This document shows, one piece after another, positions 8,564-16,089 of a DNA stretch of 27,449 bases. The stretch comes from an uncultured virus (IMG/VR IMGVR_UViG_2617271287_000001) (lineage: Duplodnaviria > Heunggongvirae > Uroviricota > Caudoviricetes), in the IMG/VR virus record IMGVR_UViG_2617271287_000001, positions 62,001 to 89,449 of that record. One strand, given 5' to 3'. How positions within the stretch are numbered: position 1 is the stretch's first letter; each line of letters opens with the position of its first letter. Under the pieces are notes generated by a model, which saw only the letters and a program-made list of their open reading frames with translations, searched no databases and was not told where the DNA came from. A program made the translations under genes and the position numbers.

Positions 8564-9022
8564 ATGCCCAAATACGAGGTGATCAAGCCCTGGAACGGCG
8601 TTTCCAAGGGTCAGGTGCTGGAACTCGACACTCTGGCTGCGGCGCTCCTGCCGAACGTGCGCGAGGTTGGCGCACTCAGGAACGGAAGCCTGACCTTGGA
8701 CGTTTCGGCCCAGGTCGACGAAGCGGCCAGGCAAGCTCTCGCCGAAGCGCGTGCATCCGTCGATGCCATGATCGACGAAGCCAAGGCCCAGGCCGAAGGC
8801 ATCATCGCCGCAGCCAACGCGGAAGCAGCGAGTATCCGGGAGCAGGCCAAGGCCCAGGCCGGCACCCTGACCACGGCGATCCCGGACGGAAGCGAGCGCC
8901 GCGAGCTGATCAAAGCGCGCCTGAAGGAGCTGAAGATCGAGTTCGATGGCCGCCAGGGCGAGGAAGCGCTTGCCACCCTGCTGCCGGAGGGCGAACTGGC
9001 GAAGCTGTTCCCGGCCAAGTGA
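8564..9022 (+). CDS. Hypothetical head-associated protein (Ala-rich coiled coil, possible C-terminal HeH/LEM-like motif)
   Basis: AAGGAG RBS; directly after capsid gene. Confidence 0.7.
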   Translation: MPKYEVIKPWNGVSKGQVLELDTLAAALLPNVREVGALRNGSLTLDVSAQVDEAARQALAEARASVDAMIDEAKAQAEGIIAAANAEAASIREQAKAQAGTLTTAIPDGSERRELIKARLKELKIEFDGRQGEEALATLLPEGELAKLFPAK

Positions 9023-9031
9023 GCGGTGCGT

Positions 9032-9090
9032 GACGAGAGGCCGCCTGCGGGCGGCTTCGTCGTTTCTGGCCCCAGAAATGGGGCCTTCTT
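9032..9090 (+). terminator. Tandem hairpins/terminator after head genes
   Basis: GACGAGAGGCCGCC-tgcg-GGCGGCTTCGTC and GGCCCCA-gaaa-TGGGGCC followed by TTCTT. Confidence 0.6.
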
Positions 9091-9106
9091 CTTCCAGGAA
9101 TCGGAC

Positions 9107-9508
9107 ATGATCACAGTTGAACAGGCCCGGCAGTACCTGCAGAGCCAGGGCATCGACAACGTGCCCGATTTCATCCTCGCGGCGTGGGTGGAGCAATTGC
9201 AGGAGATCCAGGACTGCCTGGATGCTCACTACCCGGCATCGACCGCGCTGCTGATTCAGGCCTACCTGCTGGCGCTGTTTGCGCTGGCCCAGGCCGACAA
9301 GTACATCAGCAGCCAGACGGCCCCATCCGGCGCTTCTCGATCGTTCCGCTACCAGGCCTTTGCTGATCGCTGGAAGGCGCAGTTGGCCCTGCTGAACGCA
9401 CTGGACAAGTACGGATGTGCGACGGGACTGATCCCGCCGAATCCAACCCAAACCGCCCATGGCGGCCTTTGGATCGCGCGAGGCGGCTGCATGTGTGGTG
9501 ACTCATGA
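9107..9508 (+). CDS. Head-tail adaptor protein
   Basis: AGGA RBS, ATG9107 'MITVEQARQYL' typical of gp6/gp15-type connectors; position. Confidence 0.7.
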   Translation: MITVEQARQYLQSQGIDNVPDFILAAWVEQLQEIQDCLDAHYPASTALLIQAYLLALFALAQADKYISSQTAPSGASRSFRYQAFADRWKAQLALLNALDKYGCATGLIPPNPTQTAHGGLWIARGGCMCGDS

Positions 9509-9843
9509 GCACGACAGCGAATTGGAGTTACACCAACACAGCGACGGTTCGGCCATTCCTGCACTTCGACCTTTCGACCCAGGAGGCCGTTTACGGCCCT
9601 GAGTACGAAATCGCCTGCACCTGGACGGCCAAGAGCGAGCAGATGCGGGAGGAGGGCGGGCAATCTGGAGCGCGGGGGGCTGAGTTCGTATCGCGCCACC
9701 AGATATTCACCGAGGACCGCCGGCCGAAGTACCTGGACCTGATCCATTTCGACGGCTCCAACGGCTGGGAAGAGATTCGCTCGGTGACGAACTGGGACAT
9801 GTCCTTCTTCGGTGAACAGCCCGACTTTCTGCTGGTGACCTGA
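9505..9843 (+). CDS. Head closure/stopper protein (putative)
   Basis: ATGA overlap with previous gene; size and position in neck module. Confidence 0.65.
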   Translation: MSTTANWSYTNTATVRPFLHFDLSTQEAVYGPEYEIACTWTAKSEQMREEGGQSGARGAEFVSRHQIFTEDRRPKYLDLIHFDGSNGWEEIRSVTNWDMSFFGEQPDFLLVT

Positions 9844-9844
9844 C

Positions 9845-10249
9845 ATGGCAATCCAAGGAATCGACCGCGTCCGGCGGAATCTTCGTGTGGCTGTCGAAAA
9901 CATTGCCGGCGGTGTTTCCGAGCGCGCAGTTTACGAGGTACTGAGCCAGGGCGCCGCAATGGCGCAGACCATGACGCCGATCGACACATCGACTCTCGTC
10001 AACAGTCAAACGGCCCCCCAGATCACTGTTGGCTCCAACGGGGTCGAGGGGAGCGTCGGTTACACCGCCGCCTACGCGGCGGCAGTCCACGAAGCGCCAG
10101 GTACTCTCGCCGGCCAGCCGCGCGACGAGAACGACCCCAGCCGGGGAGACTACTGGGATCCGAATGCGGAGCCTGAGTTTCTCACGAAAGGTTTTGACCA
10201 GATCATTCCAGCTATCCCGGCCATCCTCCGCAGGACCTACCGCGTATGA
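9845..10249 (+). CDS. Tail completion/neck protein (HK97 gp10-like)
   Basis: 'TPIDTSTLVNS', 'VGYTAAYAAAVHE', 'EPEFL' motifs. Confidence 0.8.
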   Translation: MAIQGIDRVRRNLRVAVENIAGGVSERAVYEVLSQGAAMAQTMTPIDTSTLVNSQTAPQITVGSNGVEGSVGYTAAYAAAVHEAPGTLAGQPRDENDPSRGDYWDPNAEPEFLTKGFDQIIPAIPAILRRTYRV

Positions 10250-10620
10250 CCCCCTACGACGCCTTCCAGGACTGGCTGGCTTCGATCCTGGGCGAGGGCT
10301 ACCAGTACAGCCGTGGGATGTGGGTCGACCACCCCTCGCTCGACTCGGCATTCATCGCAGCGATCCAGCAAACCGGCGGCGCCCCGACTCAGGTCGACGT
10401 CCGTCGCCTGCGGTTCAAGGTGATCCTCCTCGGCCCGAAGGGCGTCCGGAAACACGTTGTCGACGTCGGCAACTCAATCGAGACCCTGGCGCAGGCAGCG
10501 CTTGGCGACAGCGTCCCCTGTGGCGCCGCATCTGTTCGGGCAATCGGAGAGCCGATCGGGCCCGGATACACCACCGAAAACCGGGCCTGGTACAGCCTGG
10601 ACCTTGAAGTTCTCTACTAA
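10246..10620 (+). CDS. Tail terminator protein (putative)
   Basis: ATGA overlap; 124 aa immediately before tail tube gene. Confidence 0.65.
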   Translation: MTPYDAFQDWLASILGEGYQYSRGMWVDHPSLDSAFIAAIQQTGGAPTQVDVRRLRFKVILLGPKGVRKHVVDVGNSIETLAQAALGDSVPCGAASVRAIGEPIGPGYTTENRAWYSLDLEVLY

Positions 10621-10634
10621 TCAGGAGGCCAGAC

Positions 10635-11630
10635 ATGGCTTGCAAGAAGCTCAAATTTCCGGGCCGCGACGTCGTGCTCGAGTATTACATCGGGTGCGGC
10701 GATGCGCTGCCGGCGGAGAATGACTGGCTCCGTTTCGGGTCGCTCCGCACGAAGGAGTTCACCCTCGAGTGGGACACCATGGACGGAACCGATTCCGACT
10801 CGGTCGACGCGCTGCGCGAGAATCTGGCCAGCTTCCAGACGCTGACCATTTCCGGTGACGGGGTAGTAAAGGCCTCTGGCGCTGGCGCGCAGAACTTGAT
10901 CGACCTGACAAAGCATGTCGCGAAACCTGTCGCGACCGGCGGGCAGCCTGTTGTCTGGATGCGCATGACTTTCCCGGACCTGACTTTCACCGCGTTCATG
11001 CTCATCAGCAACCTCAGTCGCTCCGCGCCGTACGACGATGTCACTACCTACAGCTTCGAGGCTTCGGCGACCGCTTCCGACTTCGGCCTGATCGTCGAAG
11101 ATACCCCCGACGCGGATGCGCCGGACCCCACCAGCATTCAGGTCGTGCCGGAGACCCTCTCGCTGACCGTTGGCGAGGGCTTCAACTTCGAAGGCGTCGT
11201 GCTGCCTGTTGGCGCTCCGCAAGGCCTGCGCTGGACCTCGAGCGCTCCGACCGTGGCCGCAGTGAACACGGTTACCGGCGAGGTGAGCGCGCTGTCGGCC
11301 GGTACCGCCACGATCACCGCTGCCTCCAGCGTCGTGCCGGGCGTTACCGATACCGCAACCGTCACGGTCATCCCGCTGGTGCAGGGCATCACCGTCTCGC
11401 CGACATCTGTCTCGATCGCCGAAGGTGCCACCCAGCAACTGACCGCCGCTGTATCTCCGACTGGCGCGGCTCCTGGCCTGGTCTACGAAAGTGCGGCGCC
11501 GGCGATTGCTACCGTGAGCTCTACCGGCCTGGTTACCGGCGTTGATGTGGGCACCACCACGGTGAAAATCACCAGTGCGGCGCGTCCCTCGGTAAGCGTG
11601 ACCGTTCCGGTAACCATTACTGCACCGTGA
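10635..11630 (+). CDS. Major tail tube protein with two C-terminal Ig-like (Big_2) domains
   Basis: AGGAGG RBS; 'WTSSAPTVAAVN..GEVSALSAGTATIT' and 'YESAAPAIATVSSTGLVTGVDVGTTTVK' Big_2 repeats. Confidence 0.9.
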   Translation: MACKKLKFPGRDVVLEYYIGCGDALPAENDWLRFGSLRTKEFTLEWDTMDGTDSDSVDALRENLASFQTLTISGDGVVKASGAGAQNLIDLTKHVAKPVATGGQPVVWMRMTFPDLTFTAFMLISNLSRSAPYDDVTTYSFEASATASDFGLIVEDTPDADAPDPTSIQVVPETLSLTVGEGFNFEGVVLPVGAPQGLRWTSSAPTVAAVNTVTGEVSALSAGTATITAASSVVPGVTDTATVTVIPLVQGITVSPTSVSIAEGATQQLTAAVSPTGAAPGLVYESAAPAIATVSSTGLVTGVDVGTTTVKITSAARPSVSVTVPVTITAP

Positions 11631-12244
11631 TCCTCACCGAGATCGGTGAGATAGGCGTACACACGGCCTCGGGGGAGTGCTTTCTCCTGCGGCCGTCCCT
11701 GTACGCCATGACCCAGCTCGGTACGCCGGCCGAGATTGTCGACGTCTTCGCGCGAGTCATGAGCGACCCGATCACCGAGAAGCACCAGGCGGACCAGTTC
11801 GCCGACGCCCTGGCCGTGGTGGTGGCCTGTAGTGAGCAGGATCTGTCCGACGTGTTTGGCTACTACGACCAGGACCTGGTCTACCGGCCAGGAACTGCGG
11901 ACCCCGAGCACCTTGTGCACCTCGCGCGCTGCCTGCTGAAGCACGGCGTCACCGGGGCGCTTCCGCCGCTTCCCCGGCGCCATGACGAAGAGCCGAACTA
12001 CTCGGCGGAATTCGTGGCGCGGGAGCACGTCGCGACTGCGATAGCGCATTTGGGGCTCAGCGAGCGCGACGCATGGTCCATGACCATGACCGGCCTGATC
12101 GGCGCTCTGCGCGCGAAATACCCCCCAACCGAATCGAACGCTCCGGGCGCCAGAGCCCCGACCGCGGCAGAGCATGACGCGACGATGGAGTGGTTCGACA
12201 AGATCGAGGCCAAGCGCAAGGCGCGGGCGAAAGGAGCACCCTGA
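11627..12244 (+). CDS. Tail assembly chaperone (putative)
   Basis: Between tail tube and tape measure; GTGA overlap; 'HLGLSERDAWSMTMT' motif. Confidence 0.7.
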   Translation: MILTEIGEIGVHTASGECFLLRPSLYAMTQLGTPAEIVDVFARVMSDPITEKHQADQFADALAVVVACSEQDLSDVFGYYDQDLVYRPGTADPEHLVHLARCLLKHGVTGALPPLPRRHDEEPNYSAEFVAREHVATAIAHLGLSERDAWSMTMTGLIGALRAKYPPTESNAPGARAPTAAEHDATMEWFDKIEAKRKARAKGAP

Positions 12245-14724
12245 TGGCTGAGAATGTCGGCAGCATCTACTACACCGTCGAGGCGGATACCTCCAGCCTC
12301 GTAAACGGTGCGAACGCCGCCGATCGCTCGCTGGACAGCATGCAGGGTTCTATGCAGCGGACCGATGCGACTGCTGGGAAGTTGCAGACCCGCATGACCA
12401 GAGTGGCAGGGGCTGTGCGGCAGGCCAACCAGCAGATCGGCGCCCAGACCTCGGCATACAGCGGGCTGACCCGGGTCGTTGCTGCTTACCTTTCGCTCCG
12501 GACGCTCCAGTCGGTCATCGAACTATCCGACCAGTACGGCCAGATGGCCTCGCGCATTCGGAACGCTACCAGCAGCGCCGAAGAGTACGCCATGGTGCAG
12601 GAGCGGCTGTTGCAGACCGCCAACGGCACCTTCCGGGCGCTGAGCGAGGCTCAAGAGGTCTACCTGGCTACGGCTGACACGCTCCGGGATCTCGGCTACA
12701 CCACGTCCGACGTTCTGGACATCACTGACTCGTTCTCCTACGCGCTGGTTCGCGACGCCGCGCGCGCCGACCAGGCCACCACCGCCATGGATGCGTGGTC
12801 CAAGGCGTTGATGAAGAACAAGGTCGAGGCTGATGGCTGGGCCTCGATAATGGCCGCGACTCCGTCGATCGTCGAAGGCATCGCCGAGGCTACCGGCCGG
12901 ACCCAGGCTGAAATCCGGCAGTTGGGCGCCAGCGGGAAGCTGTCTGTCGAGGCACTGAACGAAGGGCTGCGCCGCACCCGGGACGAGAACAAGGCATTGG
13001 CCGATGAGATGGAAACATCGGTCGCAGACTCGTTTACCAAGCTGCGCAACAGCATGACGGTGTTCATCGGAAAGGTGAACGAGTCGAGCGGCGCCAGCAA
13101 GATTCTGACCAGCAATATCGCCGAACTCGCGGATGCATTGCAGGACCCCGAGACCATTCGTGCCGCCCAGGACCTGGCCGCAGGGGTGGTAAGCGCCCTC
13201 AACCAGATCATCGCCGGCGCGAAAGAAACCGTTCGGATCGTCAAATGGGCGGCTGAGGGGATTGCCGCAGCACTGCACGGGGCAGCGTCTGATGACATTG
13301 TCCGCCTGGAGGACCAGCTCAACACCTACCAGGAGATGCTGGCCAACCCGCTTAAGCGCCTGCGCATCGGCGGGAAAGGGCAGGCAATTGCGCTATTCAG
13401 CGAGGACGAAATCAAGGCCAACATCGCCGCAACGCAAGCGCTGATCGATCAGTTCTACAAGGACCAGGAGAAGACGCCCCCGGTAGTTGTGCCGAACGTA
13501 GAGTCACCGTCTCCCCAGGGTAAATCGGGCGGGAAGACCGGTACCGTCAACGCCGAGGCCGCTGCCACGGCAGGCACGAAGAAGCTCACCGAGGCGCAGA
13601 AGGCAGCCAAGAAGGCCGCCCAGGAACTTGCCCAGGCGCAGAAGGAAAACATCGACGCCATTGCCAGCCTTGGCCAGCAACTCGCCCTTGTCGGCCTGAA
13701 GGGCAAGGAACTGATGCAGACCCAGGCTGAACTTCAACTCAACGAGTACGCCACGCCGGAGCAGGTCGCCCAGGTCCGCGCGCTCGCCGCGGCACTGTAT
13801 GAAGCGCAACAGGTCGAAGCCAACAAGCAGTTGCTGGGTCAGATGGACCCGATCGCCGGCGAAGATCAGCGCTATCAGACCGAACTGGAGAACCTGAAGA
13901 AGCTGAACGAGGCCAAATTGCTCGAGGACCAGCGCTACCTGGAACTCAAGACGCAGGCAGAGCAACAGCACGATGCCACGATGAAGCAACTGGAGGAGGA
14001 GCGATTCCGCCGCCAGGCTGCCGGCAACGAGATGATCATGGCAACGCTTGATCAGGTGCAGCAGGCCGGCACGAACGCTCTGACAGGGCTGATAACCGGG
14101 GCGAACAATGGTTCCGACGCCATGCGACAACTGGCCGGCGCCATGCTCAACCAGGTCGTCGGTGCCCTCGTCAAGGTCGGCATCGAGCAGGCCAAGAACT
14201 TCATCATGGGTCAGACCCAGCAGGCGGCTGCGGCGACGACAGCCGCAGCGACCGGCGCCGCTATGGCTTCTGCCTACGCGCCAGCCGCTGCTGCCGCTTC
14301 GGTTGCGTCATTCGGCGGGGCGGCAACGGCTGGTCTTACCGCAATGGCGGCCGCCATCCCGGCAATGCTTGGGATGTTCGCTGGAGGTCGCCAGTACGGC
14401 GGTCCCGTAGGAGCGGGCGGCATGTACCGGATCAACGAGAACGGCGCGCCAGAGGTATTCCAGGCTGCGAATGGCCGGCAGTACATGCTGCCGAACACCC
14501 GTGGAGAGGTTGTCAGTAATCGTGACGCCTCGGCGCAGTATCAGGCGCAGCCCAACATCGAGATCCACCTCCATGAGGATCCATCTCGAGCTGGACAGGT
14601 TCAGCAATCGAGAGGTGGAGATGGAAGGACGATGATCAACATGTGGGTAGATAGCCTACTCGGCGATGGAGAGGTCCACCAAGCCCTGCAGGGGGCGTAT
14701 GGGCTACAGAAGGTGGGCAGATGA
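12244..14724 (+). CDS. Tail tape measure protein (826 aa)
   Basis: AAGGAG RBS, TGATG coupling; long Ala/Gln-rich helical protein; 'GGRQYGGPV...YRINENGAPE' C-terminal motif. Confidence 0.93.
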   Translation: MAENVGSIYYTVEADTSSLVNGANAADRSLDSMQGSMQRTDATAGKLQTRMTRVAGAVRQANQQIGAQTSAYSGLTRVVAAYLSLRTLQSVIELSDQYGQMASRIRNATSSAEEYAMVQERLLQTANGTFRALSEAQEVYLATADTLRDLGYTTSDVLDITDSFSYALVRDAARADQATTAMDAWSKALMKNKVEADGWASIMAATPSIVEGIAEATGRTQAEIRQLGASGKLSVEALNEGLRRTRDENKALADEMETSVADSFTKLRNSMTVFIGKVNESSGASKILTSNIAELADALQDPETIRAAQDLAAGVVSALNQIIAGAKETVRIVKWAAEGIAAALHGAASDDIVRLEDQLNTYQEMLANPLKRLRIGGKGQAIALFSEDEIKANIAATQALIDQFYKDQEKTPPVVVPNVESPSPQGKSGGKTGTVNAEAAATAGTKKLTEAQKAAKKAAQELAQAQKENIDAIASLGQQLALVGLKGKELMQTQAELQLNEYATPEQVAQVRALAAALYEAQQVEANKQLLGQMDPIAGEDQRYQTELENLKKLNEAKLLEDQRYLELKTQAEQQHDATMKQLEEERFRRQAAGNEMIMATLDQVQQAGTNALTGLITGANNGSDAMRQLAGAMLNQVVGALVKVGIEQAKNFIMGQTQQAAAATTAAATGAAMASAYAPAAAAASVASFGGAATAGLTAMAAAIPAMLGMFAGGRQYGGPVGAGGMYRINENGAPEVFQAANGRQYMLPNTRGEVVSNRDASAQYQAQPNIEIHLHEDPSRAGQVQQSRGGDGRTMINMWVDSLLGDGEVHQALQGAYGLQKVGR

Positions 14725-15185
14725 TCAAATACCCAGAGCAGTTGCCCGCGATCCTGCTGTCCGGATACTCAATTGAGCAGGTCGACTCGACGGTCCGAAC
14801 CCCGATGTCATCCGGTCGAGAAAGGGTGCGTCGACGCTTTGAAAGCGTTCCGGAATACCCCCAAGGGAGCGTGCTCATGACACCGAACCAGGCCGCGTTC
14901 TTCAGAGCCTGGTTCGAGCGAGCGCTCTCGGGAGGGGTTCGCTGGTTTACCTGCCGCTTGAAGATGCCTGAGATCCTCACGGGAACTGCGGAGTTTGAGT
15001 GTCGGTTTCGGGGGAAATATTCATGCCGGCTTGTCCCTCCAAGTATGTGGGAGTTCGCGTTCGTTCTTGAGCTTCGTGAGCAGTCGCTCATTCCGCCAGG
15101 CTGGGAGCAGTTCCCGGACTACTGGTTCAACATGAACCTCTTGGATCTCGCGATGAACCGCGATGGCCACTGGCCGGAGGCATAA
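14721..15185 (+). CDS. Distal tail protein (lambda gpM-like)
   Basis: After tape measure; 'RTPMSSGRERVRRRF', 'FRAWF...GVRWF' motifs. Confidence 0.75.
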   Translation: MIKYPEQLPAILLSGYSIEQVDSTVRTPMSSGRERVRRRFESVPEYPQGSVLMTPNQAAFFRAWFERALSGGVRWFTCRLKMPEILTGTAEFECRFRGKYSCRLVPPSMWEFAFVLELREQSLIPPGWEQFPDYWFNMNLLDLAMNRDGHWPEA

Positions 15186-15186
15186 G

Positions 15187-15672
15187 ATGGACCCGCTCGA
15201 AGTTGCCTTTGCTTCGCCGGCAGACGAGGTGCTGATTCCAACCCTCGAGATCACCTGTGATGCATGGCCGGCGCCGGTGTTGCTGACCCACGGTTACGAC
15301 AATGTCACCGCCGGCACCGAGGATGGTCGAACTCTGACCTACGAGGCTGGAGGGATCGATGCCTCGTTGCCGAAGTCGGACAACACCGGGAACCAGACGA
15401 TCACCTTTGCCATCGACGGCGTGACCGGAAAGTCCCAGAACCTGATCCAGCAGGCCGTCGATGCAGAGAAGCGGGTCAGACTGACCATGCGGCTCTACCT
15501 CAGCACGGACCTCTCCAGGCCGAAGCGCGACTACCACATGACCGTCAAGAGCGGCGTGCTGGAGGTCGATCATGCCGAGATTCAGGCCGGCTACTTCGAC
15601 CTGATTGGCACCCGCTGGCCCCGCGTCGACTTCAACTCCCAGAACGCACCCTGCATCAAGTACGAAGGCTGA
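15187..15672 (+). CDS. Tail tip protein (DUF1833/gpL-like)
   Basis: GGAGG RBS; position between distal tail and NlpC/P60 genes. Confidence 0.75.
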   Translation: MDPLEVAFASPADEVLIPTLEITCDAWPAPVLLTHGYDNVTAGTEDGRTLTYEAGGIDASLPKSDNTGNQTITFAIDGVTGKSQNLIQQAVDAEKRVRLTMRLYLSTDLSRPKRDYHMTVKSGVLEVDHAEIQAGYFDLIGTRWPRVDFNSQNAPCIKYEG

Positions 15673-15675
15673 CTC

Positions 15676-16089
15676 ATGCTCGATCGATATCTCGCCGCCG
15701 TCTACGAAGACGGCGGGCGCGAGATGCCGCGCGTCGATTGCTGGGGACTCACCCGGCTGGCGCGTCATGAGCTCTACGGCATGCCCATGCTCTCCAGCTT
15801 CGGGGAGGTGAGACATACCAGCCCGCGCCATTTCCAGCGCGCCTACCAGCGCCAGGTCCAGGCCGCCCTGGAAGAGTGCGAACCATTCGCCGGCGCCATC
15901 GCTGCTGGCATGGACGGGGCGGTCTGCGTCCACGTCGCCCTGGTCGTGGCCAGGGAAGGGCGGCTGCAGGTACTCGAAATCAATCCAGGGTCCGGCGCAC
16001 GCCTGGTGCGCCTGCAGGACTTCCTCGAAAACTTCACCCGGGTGATCTTCTACCGTGATCGAATTCTTCGCGAACAAGTTGGATCCTGA
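15676..16089 (+). CDS. Tail tip assembly protein, NlpC/P60 family (gpK-like)
   Basis: 'YEDGGR...VDCWGL' catalytic Cys motif and 'HVALV'. Confidence 0.85.
   Translation: MLDRYLAAVYEDGGREMPRVDCWGLTRLARHELYGMPMLSSFGEVRHTSPRHFQRAYQRQVQAALEECEPFAGAIAAGMDGAVCVHVALVVAREGRLQVLEINPGSGARLVRLQDFLENFTRVIFYRDRILREQVGS

Noticed and set aside
6001..8607. 868-aa antisense ORF (also 3207-4880, 4804-5970 and similar)
   Set aside because: Shadow frames of strongly GC3-biased structural genes; no recognisable motifs
11627..12244. Programmed frameshift (G/GT) in tail chaperone
   Set aside because: A single ORF fills the whole interval to the tape measure; no convincing slippery site with a second frame
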